This document shows positions 11,870 through 22,719 of a stretch of 64,000 nucleotides of DNA, one piece after another. A program made the translations under genes and the position numbers. The notes beneath the pieces are model-generated. The model did not search any database. It was given only the letters and a program-made list of their open reading frames with translations, and was not told where the DNA came from. The DNA is from Fimicolochytrium jonesii (Eukaryota). Numbering within the stretch: the stretch's first letter is position 1; every line of letters begins with the position of its first letter. The stretch is from contig NW_026515692.1 of NCBI RefSeq assembly GCF_025526975.1, positions 1 through 64,000 of the forward strand. The letters run 5' to 3'.

Positions 11870-12420
11870 CTACACCGTGAAAGGGTACTTCTCGCAAAAC
11901 TCATCCTTTGTCATCCTCTCCCCATGCTTCTGCACAAACGCCGTGATTGTTTTGTTCAGCTCGGAAAAGGGTCATGGGCCGCATGCACTGTATCGAGTGG
12001 TGGTCTGTGTGCTCGTGGAGAAGCACTAGATCCGGAGGAAGGTCCGTGCCTGTGTCCCGTATTGATTGTCATGTGATTCGTCAGTTGCTTGGAAGTACAC
12101 TGCAACGCTTTCCAGAAGCCTTCGTTCTTACCTGCCGGAATCCTCCAGATGGTCGTATTCTTTCCGCGGAACCCACGAACGACCTCCTGAAGGAACGCGC
12201 CGTTTGGCCGGACCGAAGCTCCGTTGGGACCTGCAATGTCGGAATGGACCAGGTCAGCCTCCGCCTCCGCCCACTCCATTCCGCTCTCACCCGCCTCCCC
12301 CCGTCCTCCCCCCCCCTCTCCCATAACAACATCATAAATCCCGGCATCGAACGGATGCCTCACCAGCATATCATACAAATCCTCCGGCAACCTCGCCACC
12401 AGCCCCACCGTAACTTGCAC
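11870..12420 (-). pseudogene. Tse2-family ADP-ribosyltransferase-like domain (frameshifted or mis-sequenced; 5' end unclear)
   Basis: GPNGASVRPNGAFLQEVVRGFRGKNTTIWRIPAG, intron 12131-12050, then TDLPPDLVLLHEHTDHHSIQCMRPMTL. One extra base in the run at 11965-11968; the shifted frame gives SELNKTITAFVQKHGERMTKDEFCEKYPFTV*. Fits the fungal Tse2-like pattern PNGASxRPN...LVHExxDHYSLQ...LN. Confidence 0.75.
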
Positions 12421-13333
12421 AACCCGCGGTGGTGGTCGTGGTTGTGGGAGTGTGGTGGTGGTGAGGGGTGCTTGAGCGGCCTTTGCTGGAGGATGGGGTT
12501 GTGGTGGTGGAGGGACGGCCGGTGGGTGGGCGGCTTGGGGAGGTTACTACTGTGGTTCCGAACGCTACGGCTGTTGTCGTGGTGGTTGTTGGGGTGGTTG
12601 GGGTAGCGGGGTTTTCCCAGCACCACCGCCGCGACTTGGGGATAGACAGGTTGAGGTGCGACAACCTGCCGGCGTCCCTTTGCATGCCCCTTATACTGTA
12701 CTGTACGTTCCCAAGGGAAACTGGATTTGGTGGCACTTCTGTTGTCTGTCGTTCTGTGTTTGCAAGGAAGTCTGTCTATCCGCAGCGCTCAGCCAGCCGG
12801 GCAAGCAACCCTGATGAACTCCGTGCTGCCGTTCGCGCGTCCTCACCCTCGCCTCCTCCTAACGCTTACGCCCAAGACAACCACTTGCAAAAAGTATCGC
12901 GCTCCATGCAAACGGGCCACTCGATTTGATTGGCCAATCTGCAGTGTCTGGCTGGTGCTGTCTGGAGCCGTCTGGCCAGTCCTTGACCCAATGCGGTCGT
13001 CCCGATGTGGCCACACAACATGTGGGACCGATGTGGGACGCGCAGCCGTATACTCATCCAACGCGTCCGCATGCCACGAGTGTCATGTGTCGCTTGTGTT
13101 TTGACGGCGCCTCCGCTTCTGCGTTGACCCTCGGCTGAATCGATTATGACCGGCAACTTCCGCTCGCAACGCTCAGCACTCCAGCACTCTCACAACGCGG
13201 ACATAAACAGCGTTCAGCCGCCTACACCTCGCAACCATTCATATAAACAACCACCAGCAATCGAGCCCCCCTTCGTCGTTCAAGCCTGTATCGCATTCTC
13301 AACGAAACCCACTATAATTGTCGAAAACGAGTC

Positions 13334-15171
13334 ATGGCGGGCACCAAAACATTACGCGAGCTGACACGCGAGGAAGTTGCCAAACACAACACGGAGAAGG
13401 ATCTGTGGATAATCGTGGACAGCTATGTCTATGAGTAAGTCTTGGAATACGGCCATCGAACGCCACAATGACCGTGTCCTCATCTTCTCCCCCTCCCCGT
13501 CTCATTCCAGCATCACAAAATTTGTAGGCCTGCACCCAGGCGGTGAAGGCGTCCTTTTGCAAGTCGCCGGAAAGGAAGCCACGGAACAATTCTATGGCCT
13601 CCACAGGCATGAGGTTATGGAGAAGTTCGGCCCACGCTACATCATTGGCCAGATCATAGGCGAGATGCCCAAGCTTCAGCTGCAGCGGTCAGGCGAGTTC
13701 AGCAAGGTCCCTTATGCCGAGTCGCCGTTTGTTCAGGGGCGGCCGTCGCCTTATTACAAGTAAGGTTTTGGTTTTCCGTTGCGATTGATGGGGAGCGTTC
13801 CTGATCTGGTCCTATGATAGGGAATCCCATGTGAAATTCCGCCAAGCCCTGCGGAAGTTCTACGACGAGGAGCTCCTGCCCGACGCAGCCTCAGCAGACG
13901 CAATGGGCGAAGCCCCCGATCTCGAAATTTACCAAAAGATGGGACAGGCGGGCATTCTCGCTACTCGTATGGGACCTGGACCCCACTTGAAGCTTGTGCC
14001 TAAACTCCCAGGAGGCGTCTCACCTGACGAGTTCGACTATTTCCACGAACTGGTTGGACACGAGGAACTGACCAGGTTGGGAATCTATGGGTACGCCGAG
14101 GGATTGGCTTCTGGGATGGTTATTGGGCTGCCACCTGTTATGGTGTTTGGACCCAACTGGATGAAGGAGAAGATTATTCCGGAGGTTCTGATGGGGAACA
14201 AGCGTATTTGCTTGGCGATCTCTGAGCCGACCGTTGGAAGTGATGTTGCTGGGTTGGCCACTACTGCTGTGAAGACGGCTGATGGAAAGCATTTCATTGT
14301 GAACGGTGTCAAGAAATGGGTATGTGTATTTTCCTTTCTCCTTGATAGAAATGTATCCTGGGATTGTTGTCTGATTAACGCGCTCCACTGCAGATCACAA
14401 ACGGCACGTTCTCCGACTACTTCACCACTGCCGTCCGAACAGGCGGCCCCGGCATGGGCGGCATCTCTATGCTCCTAATCGAGCGCACCGAAGGCGTCAG
14501 CACCAAAATCATCAAAACCAGCGGCACCGCCAGCGCCGGAACCGCCTACGTCACCTTCGACAACGTCAAAGTCCCCGTCGAGAACCTCATCGGCGGCGAA
14601 AACAAAGGGTTCCAAGTGATCATGGCCAACTTCAACCATGAGCGTTGGTCTATGGTCGTTGGATGTGCGCGTGCGGCCCGGCTTGTCACTGAGGAGTGCT
14701 TCAAGTGGGCGAACCAGCGCAAGGTGTTTGGGAAGGCGTTGATTGAGCAACCTGTCATTCGGTTCAAGCTGGCGGAGATGGTTGCGGGCGTTGAGGCGAC
14801 GCAGGGGTGGCTGGAATCTATCACGTATCAGATGACAAAGATGTCGTATAAGGAGCAGTCGCTGCATTTGGCGGGTACCATTGCGTTGCTCAAGTACAAT
14901 GCTACGCGGATGACGCAGAGGGTCTCGGATAATGCTGTGCAGATCTTTGGTGGACGGGCGATCACGAAGGTGGGTTCACTGGGTATCGTCACGTCCATCG
15001 TTCGATTGTTTCGTTCTAATGGTTTTCTCAAATCAGGGCGGCATGGGCCGAATCATCGAAAACTTCCAAGCACGAAACAAATTCGGAGCCATCCTCGGCG
15101 GCAGTGAAGAGATCATGGCCGATCTCGGCATCCGACAGACCTTGAAAACTTTCCCCAATACCAGGTTGTAG
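13334..15171 (+). CDS. Acyl-CoA dehydrogenase with N-terminal cytochrome b5-like domain
   Basis: TREEVAKHNTEKDLWIIVD...HPGG...AGKEATEQFYGLH (b5), then ICLAISEP, IVNGVKKWITNG, NFNHERW, RKVFGK.LIEQPVIR, QIFGGR, ILGGSEEIM. Four introns. Confidence 0.93.
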
Positions 15172-15560
15172 AAGGTGCCACACATCCATTTTTGCAGAGT
15201 AGTAAACGTCTAGTCACCGACAAACGGCGTCTACACATTAGTAGATAGGAGTGGGCTGTGCTGCATGCTTCCACTTCTGGACTTTCTGCTCCTTTTGTAT
15301 CCAACCAATTACCCATTTTTTCTTGAGTACTGTACTTTTGTTTGAGTTCCATAGTTTGAAATTGAGGTATGTCTCTCTAGAGCACAACATTGACTGCATT
15401 GGATTAACTATATACATACAGCCAACCGAAATTAATCAACCCGGGATCTCGCCATTTGCACAGCATCATCGCTCGCAAACCCGGCCATTCTCACGGCCAG
15501 GAATCAGCTACCGATACTACAGATACCTCTCTCTCTCTCAACGCTCCCCCTAACTCACCC

Positions 15561-16635
15561 ATGTGGAAGTCCCTTCGCCGCTCCTCAAGCGTTTCTCTTC
15601 TTGCAACCCCGCAAAAGTCCAACTTCTGACGGAACATCTCCAATCACAGGCAAACACGTACTGAACGCACAGGTCGCTGTCCGTGCGCCATGCTGCAAGA
15701 AATGGTTCGACTGTCCAGAATGTCACGCTGAGGTTTCTGACCATAACTTGGGGTATTGAGGAAAACTGGACTGGGCGCGGATGAGTGGGGTCGGCATCCC
15801 GCGATCCTCGATCGGGATAGCGAGGGCCGTGGGAGCGGGCGACTTCTGATGGAGGAAGGCGCCGGAGTGTGCCCAAATCCACCGTCTCTTATGCGCCCGA
15901 ATGCCTTTCGCCCGAATATCCGCGACCAAGGGCGGGGAAGACGAGGCTGGCGAGGGCGGTGGCGGAGCTTTATGGGTTGGTGTGGTTGTCGATAGATGAG
16001 GTTTTGGGGAGGTGGGAGAGCGGGGAGGTTGAGACGGGGTTCAAGGCAGTTGCGGAGAAGGTTTTGTTTGTTTGGTTTGAGATTGGGATGTGATGGGATG
16101 TTGGGCGAGACGGTATGGATGCCCGTGTTTTTCATGTGACAGCTTTGCTACGGGATTCTTCCGACTTGTTTCCCACACATAGGAAAACGCTTGAAATGTG
16201 CTTTGCATGTAAGAAGTGCAAGAAGGTGTTTCGGAAAGACATGTCGTGGGTATATCCAAGGTGTGGGGACATTCTGAGGGTTGAGTATTCCCCGGCTGAT
16301 GTTGTCTGTTTTTCCAGCAACTACGAGGAGGAAGACGAGTCTTGCCCAAACTGCGACAACCACTATGTCATTGAGGCCAAGGCGGCACAAATGGTATGCT
16401 CTCAAAGGATGTATCGCTGTGTACAGAGGCACGGTACAAATTTCCTGATTCAATCGGGGCTCTCATCTTTTCCCAGGGTATCGGCATCGAAGGAGATGAC
16501 CCACGACTCCAGAGGGATTTCCGAGAAAAGCAAAAGCAATTGCTCGAAGAAGAATTCATGAGCGATCGACTGGGATGGGGAATTCATGAAATGTGGGGAA
16601 TTTGGGCGAACAGTTTCCGAGAGAGAGGGAGATGA
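15561..16635 (+). CDS. CHY-type zinc finger protein (first splice donor apparently mutated; possible pseudogene)
   Basis: Exons join to MCKHVLNAQVAVRAPCCKKWFDCPECHAEVSDHNLGKTLEMCFACKKCKKVFRKDMSNYEEEDESCPNCDNHYVIEAK. Intron 2 spans 15753-16182. The first donor reads GGAAGT instead of GTAAGT. Confidence 0.8.
15920..16062 (+). pseudogene. P-loop adenylate-kinase-like fragment inside the CHY gene intron
   Basis: PRAGKTRLARAVAELYGLVWLSIDEVL resembles the NMP-kinase P-loop and following helix/strand; no start codon or remaining domain. Confidence 0.55.
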
Positions 16636-17431
16636 CCATTGATGAGGATGGTTGTTGTATGTGACGTATGGACATTGAACTTTTTTTGGCAGGGCTGTGG
16701 GGTTCGTGCTTGGGCGGGCTGAGGCAGCGACGTGGTTCCTGCGCGCCTGATGAGCGATGGGGGCCGTGGCGTGTACACAAATCGAAGATGGATCGGAGCG
16801 GACGGTCGCTGGTTCCCAAGAGCAATCCCAGTACCACCTGCCGACGGCGGATTGTGGACACCGTATCATATTCGAACAAGGCGCCTACCGCGTTATCGAC
16901 GATCCCCGCATCAAACACACGCCGAATCTCGACGTCGCTGAGCTCTACGACTCCCTCATTGCCGTTCAGGGGACTCGCCGCGACGGCATCCAGGAGGTTT
17001 TCATCAACCGGCAGCAGAACTCCTTTGTTCGATTCCCCCGTGTAAACACACTCAAGTTTTGGGATGTCCCCTTCCTACGATTCTTCCCATTCGAGTTTTC
17101 CGACGAAAAAGTTCCAATTGGGGGAATAGGGAGGGACGAGACGCTTTGCATATGAAGTCTGCCGAGTTATTATCAGTGTAGAATCATACAATCATGAACG
17201 ATAAAGTAATGCGATGAATGCGAGAATGAATGGGGGGGGGGGGGGGGGGAGGGGGGGGGATATCAAAAGCGAATTCGGGCGTTTGCCAAACTCGCGCGGT
17301 AAAAGGTGGGGGGGAAAACACATAGAAACGGTGGCCGCTGCACGGGTTGATGACGCACACGCCTGATGGGGGTACGTGGCACCCAGTATACTGTTTGTAC
17401 ACCTCCACCAATGCGGCCTCTAGCACCCGCC

Positions 17432-19816
17432 TCACGAGAACCCCACGGGCACCCCCGTCTGCCTATAATCCAACTCGACCACATACTCGCCGACCTTACA
17501 CCCGAGCGTGGACTCGACATCCACCTCAAACAGCGTCAGATGCTGCTTGCTCTCCCTCCGTTCGGGAGTGTCGGATAGCCGTGAATGGGAGAGGTAGGCG
17601 ACTTCGATCTCGTCGTCGTCGCCGATGTCGGAGCGGGAGGAGGAGAGCGGGGAGGGGGAGGGGGTGAACAGGTCGAGGGAGGTACGGGATTTTTCGCGGG
17701 GTTGCGGTGCTGTAGTTGACGGGGGAATTGGTGACGCGGGGGCGGTTGATCTCGCCTTCCCACTCGCACTCGCCTTCCCACTCGCACTCCCACTCCCACT
17801 CGCAGCCTGCAACTCCCTCACCGGGGCGCGTTTCGGACCCGCCATCTGCGGTGGTGGTGGCCGTTGCATATGTGGTTCGGAATGCGACCGGGTGTGCATG
17901 AACTGCGCGTTGAAATGCTGTAACGCTGCTGGGGCACGGACGCCATTCACCGCTGACGACAACGACGACGACGACGGGCTCAGAGGGGGCATCAACAGCC
18001 CCTGCTGCTTCCCGGTGCCCCCCGCAGCGGCTCCGGCGGCACCCATCCTCCCCGCCCATCCCGCCGAGACGACCGCTCCAACAGCCTTTGCGGAAATCAG
18101 CAGCCGCATATCCATCGTATGGGTCGTCACGGTCTGTCCAGGCGGGATAACCACCGCTTTCCCGGCCTTGTCTAGATCTTCGTCGAGCGTGCCAAGGTGT
18201 TCCCCGCGGCAGGTGACGTTCCCCTTCATCCACAGAACGGTGACAGGCGCGTCGAGCGGGTTGAATAACACAAGCCGGGCGGCGGATTGCATGGTCGCGG
18301 CGAGGTAGAAGAACCGAAAGGGGTCGACGACCAACTGCGTGCGTACGATCATTTTTCGAGTTTCCCCAGGGAGGGTGGATGTTACCGCTAGCGAGGAGAG
18401 GGCGGGTTGGAGGTAAGGGAAAGGTGTTGAGGGCGGTCGGGGCGCGCGCGGGGTGGCGGATTGCGGGGAATGGATGAAGGGGGAGCGTTGAAGCAGGGTA
18501 GAGGATGGGGAGGGGTAACCACGGATGGTACACTGGGATTGTTTCCCCGTGACATAGTTTGCGAGGAGACGACGGCCGGATTGGGTTTCTGCGGGTGTGC
18601 GGGGGTCGTAGGTTGCGGTTGCGGTGATGGTGTTCTTGCCTGGTTGGAGGGACATGTTGCGCATTTGCACGGAACCGACGCGGTGTGAGCCGTCGTGGTA
18701 GAGGTCGAGGGTCACGTCGCCCATGCTGACGGTGAGATCGGAGGGGTTGCCGATTTCGCAGACGATGGAGAGCTGCATGTGGGTGGGTGTGCCGCCGACC
18801 GTGCGCGCTTCGAGGATCGTGATGTCTTCCATGCCGTCCAGGCCTTTCAGCGCGATGGTTTTCCGCATGGATACGCCTTTGATAGCGAGCAATGATGAAT
18901 CAAACGGGCGCACCGTCACGTCTTTCGCAATCAAGATCATCTCAAAGGACGCGGACTGGAGCATCATGGTCGCGAACCGGCCAAACGCCGCAGCGTTCGT
19001 AACGCGTACTTCGACTGTCGTATCCATCGCCGCCTTCCCATCGCGGACCTGCATATCCGGCATACCTAGAATCTCCCCCGCAATCACCACGTTCGGCTTG
19101 TGCGCTCGGCCGTCGCTAGCGGTCGCCGTCGCAGAATCAGGCAAATCGTCCTCGAACGCAATATACACCGGCCCATCAAACCGCAGCGTGGCAGGCAACG
19201 GCCCCGCATCCGACACCTCGCACTTCATCCCCATGCTCACGCCATCCATCCGCGGGTTCTCAATCGACCCAGACGTGACGTTTAACGTCGATTTCTCGAC
19301 CAGTTTTGTCGCGATGTACGGTAGAAGGAACCGGCGGGCGAGGTAGTTTGCAACCAGGATCGGGATGAGGCGGTACCGCGAGAAAACGCGACGGAAGAAC
19401 CGCACGATGATGTTGTTAGGTGGGGATGAGCCTGGTGGGCGGGGATACCAGACTTTCCCTGTGGTGCCGCCGTTGTCGGTGGGGTTGCCGAGTCCTAGGA
19501 TCGCGGCTGCTATCCCGTGCAACGTTCCTAGCAGTTGGAAGAGGTGTGACGCGACGGTCGGTAGGGAAGATGCGAAGAGGAGGAGGAGCGCGTGGCGGGA
19601 GGTGCGTGAGGTAATGAGTCGGTGGCCGCTACCAGGTTTGGGGGATGGGTCGTCGTCGCCATTGCTTTGCGGTGTGCTGGGTGGCGGCGGATTCGGGGAG
19701 GCGAGCGTACGTTGGCCGGGCCTGCTTGACTTACGCCCGTTCACTGTAGTAGTACTACTACTGCTGCTGCTGCCCCCGCCGCTGCCAGGGGCGCTTGAAG
19801 TTGCCGCCGGAGCCAT
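17432..19816 (-). CDS. DUF3712/LEA-2-like (Tag1-like) beta-sandwich repeat protein with N-terminal membrane segment
   Basis: 794-aa intronless ORF. FGRFATMMLQSASFEM...KTIALKGLDG...IGNPSDLTVSMGDVTLDL and LFNPLDAPVTV motifs. Confidence 0.7.
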   Translation of the reverse strand: MAPAATSSAPGSGGGSSSSSSTTTVNGRKSSRPGQRTLASPNPPPPSTPQSNGDDDPSPKPGSGHRLITSRTSRHALLLLFASSLPTVASHLFQLLGTLHGIAAAILGLGNPTDNGGTTGKVWYPRPPGSSPPNNIIVRFFRRVFSRYRLIPILVANYLARRFLLPYIATKLVEKSTLNVTSGSIENPRMDGVSMGMKCEVSDAGPLPATLRFDGPVYIAFEDDLPDSATATASDGRAHKPNVVIAGEILGMPDMQVRDGKAAMDTTVEVRVTNAAAFGRFATMMLQSASFEMILIAKDVTVRPFDSSLLAIKGVSMRKTIALKGLDGMEDITILEARTVGGTPTHMQLSIVCEIGNPSDLTVSMGDVTLDLYHDGSHRVGSVQMRNMSLQPGKNTITATATYDPRTPAETQSGRRLLANYVTGKQSQCTIRGYPSPSSTLLQRSPFIHSPQSATPRAPRPPSTPFPYLQPALSSLAVTSTLPGETRKMIVRTQLVVDPFRFFYLAATMQSAARLVLFNPLDAPVTVLWMKGNVTCRGEHLGTLDEDLDKAGKAVVIPPGQTVTTHTMDMRLLISAKAVGAVVSAGWAGRMGAAGAAAGGTGKQQGLLMPPLSPSSSSLSSAVNGVRAPAALQHFNAQFMHTRSHSEPHMQRPPPPQMAGPKRAPVRELQAASGSGSASGKASASGKARSTAPASPIPPSTTAPQPREKSRTSLDLFTPSPSPLSSSRSDIGDDDEIEVAYLSHSRLSDTPERRESKQHLTLFEVDVESTLGCKVGEYVVELDYRQTGVPVGFS

Positions 19817-21124
19817 GTCTTTGCGTCGGAAGAGTGTACAGTACTTATGTAGTGTGAAAGTGCTGTGGGATAAGTATGTCCTCTTTCCCCTGGGTCCCCT
19901 CCCATGTGCTGAGTGCGAGCGAGCGAGGGAACGCGTCGCCCTCCTGCAACTGCAGTCTGCATTCAGTCGGACCGAGACTTATTAAGGCCGCGGACCGACA
20001 CGTGATGGAACCCACGTGATGGAACGCTCTCTCGCTGCTGCTGCTGCCACTGCCGCGTGCTTTGTTTCCACCCTGGGACCTAACCCTAACCCACATCAGG
20101 CAGTGGCGCCCATCCAACACCGGGCTCGACTTCAACGGCGTCTCCCAGGCTACGGCATCTGATTGGATGGCGAGCCTTCAAGCCGACATTGCGTCAAGAC
20201 CTTGAGACTGACACCTGGCCACATATGGAGTTGAACTCTCACATTCGATACTATCTTCCTTCCTCGTTGTCCTGCAAATGTCAGCATCGAACGGTCCCAA
20301 CGGGGGCACCAGCGGCATCCCTCAAACGCCGCCGCGACTTTGAAATCGAAGGCTTCACCGCCGACATCTCTACACTGCGCTAACAGCTCAAGCATCTCGA
20401 GCGCAGTATACTCAAATACGCGCCCCTAGAGGACCGCGAGCTTGTGTTGCTGAATATCGCGAAGGAGACGGGGGAGAGGGTTGCGAAGATGTCAAGTGAT
20501 TTGCATGGGTTCAAGGTAAGGTTGAGCAAGTAGTGGCATATGTACCTTAAGCTGACAGTGGACCGATTTGGTGCAGGCAAAGGTGTATGCAGCGGATAGG
20601 GATCTTCGGACAGTTCCGGTGTGTGAAGCTTGTGGGATTTGCGTTGGACACGCAACGCCTTGCTGTACGCGGAGCAGCAGCGGCAGCAGCACACATTGCA
20701 TTTGTTGAGAAAAACCGAAGGCGGCCGGCGGGGGGCGTCATCACCGGTTGATGTTTGTCGGCAGAACGTGGTGCTCGATCTTTTGCTGCCATGATGAGTG
20801 CTCAACATTTTGGATTGAGGGCGATGAAGTGGTCATTTCGGCGGGGCTTTGACGAGCAGATGGGGGATCGCCTGATGTCAGGATACGAAAGCATGAATGG
20901 AGCAAAAACTACTTGGAATCGTCAGACATATATATCCCGTGACAAATGAAAGGCGACATCATCAACGATGTGATGTTGGATTGTACCAGTCGTACGACTC
21001 TGCTATTTACAGCGGTTGGCGAAACAAAAAAAAAGTATTCAAAAAAAAGCAAAAGAAAAAAGGCCATGTAGTATGTAATAATTCTAGTAAACTAGAATAA
21101 TGAGTAGGTAGTTTCCGTAGTTTA

Positions 21125-21223
21125 CAGTAGGTGGCCAAAACTGAGGTTGCGCGCGCCCGCAGACTCCTGTGGTTTCACCAGCAACCTCCCACCGCGCGCA
21201 ACCTCAGTTTTGGCCACCTAGTG
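21125..21223. mobile_element. 99-bp Tc1/mariner-type MITE
   Basis: 31-bp terminal inverted repeats CAGTAGGTGGCCAAAACTGAGGTTGCGCGCG / CGCGCGCAACCTCAGTTTTGGCCACCTAGTG (one mismatch), flanked by TA at 21123-21124 and 21224-21225. Confidence 0.9.
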
Positions 21224-21429
21224 TATACACCGCTAACTACCATCAACACTACTCAACCGCTAATCTTTCGTTCGTCACCTTGTCTCACAACGCCACGGAC
21301 ACAGCTTCGGGGAACTGCTCACGTACTACAAATGCTAGAGCGCGGTTGAGCTTGGTGTTCGCGACCAGAAGTGGGTGGTCGAACGGAGTGATGTAGTTAA
21401 GTCGGGAGTGTTGTAGTGTGCGTTGTTGT

Positions 21430-22719
21430 TAAGCTGTCGGTATTGGTTGAGGAGCTGGAATAGAGTCAAGTTGACTTTCGTAAATCCCTTTCGCAAGATG
21501 GTCATAGCTATACGGGGGCAGTTTCCATGCACTGCACCATTCAAAAAGGCGGTCAGCACTGGAAGGGAGTTACGGACAATGCCAAAAATCACTCACTAGC
21601 ATGCAATAGCACATCTTTACTGTTGTATCTGGGACTTCCATTCGGATCGAGCACAGGATTACCGTCCATCATTTTTACAAATGATGCGGTCGTGAAGTCG
21701 CACGGCTCCGTTGTGTCGTCATGAAGAACAGCGAGCTGGGCGGTTAGAAATTCGCACAGTGTTCGCGAGTCCACATCTGTCTGCGCCCGAGAAGCATTAT
21801 TGTGTTGGTCCTGCAACTTTGCGAGATCATCTTTCAGAACTTTCTTCTCAAACTGCAAATTCGCAATCTCCTTCTTCAGCTCGTCAACGCTGACGTCCGA
21901 CTCGGACCATTGCCGACTTAACGGGGTCTGTGGACAAGATTGTCAGGTTCCCGAAAGCAAAAGGCGGTCACCTCAACGACAGCGAGCATGATTCACGTAC
22001 CGCTTTAGAAGCTAGGTCGTAGAGTTTCTCTACAATACCCTTTAACGCAACCCTCTCCTCCCTTCCCAGTCTCGATCTCTTCCCACACAAGAAATCGACG
22101 ATGTCTCCGACTGTTGATGACTGTGAAATCATTGAACTATGCCAAATAAACAAGCTGGAGACGTACATTTGACTTGTTCCAAAACACTCAAGATCTTGTC
22201 AGTGTCATCATCATTCGTTGATCGTACAATAGGTGCTCCCGACAACGTGTCTTCGGAGGGAAGTAGAGGGTGGTGTTCTGCTCCATATGCGTTAGGGAGG
22301 AAAATCATGTTATATCTATCTCTATACATACCAATATCGAGATTTTCTTCGCACAAGATGCACCCCTCCTTCCGATCCGAGATCATGATCGTAACACCTT
22401 CATCCCGCAAACGCCTCATGGTTATCGTTGAGTCTTTCCAGTCAAGGAATGAATCGCCGACGGTTTCGACAAGGATGTGTGCGCGGTGGTGCTTGAGCTG
22501 CAGGCAATATTCAGTAGTGACATGGATCAAGGAAATTTCGCGGCTTCGAAAGCAATTACTTACCACATTCTTCACAGGAATGGCAAACTTCTCCGCCTCC
22601 TCCATCACCTTGCTCAAAAACGCTCCCGTCAATAACCTATCCTCCAACTCAACTCTCACAAACAACTCAAAGGACTCGTTGCTCCCCTGGAGATTGACAG
22701 ATATCACGTATGAGGTCAT
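21430..22719 (-). CDS. Hypothetical spliced gene with coiled-coil segment (possibly degenerate)
   Basis: ATG at 22719 (MTSYVISVNLQ); GTAAGT/GTATGT/GTACGT donors; coiled coil VDELKKEIANLQFEKKVLKDDLAKLQ. Family not recognised. Confidence 0.4.

Noticed and set aside
8420..15171. NRPS-like, ART and acyl-CoA dehydrogenase as a biosynthetic gene cluster
   Set aside because: Only adjacency supports it. The b5-fused dehydrogenase is a common primary-metabolism gene, and no transporter, regulator or tailoring set is present.
17231..17259. Poly-G runs (also about 41023-41044) as G-quadruplex elements
   Set aside because: Simple homopolymers of unreliable length with no supporting context.
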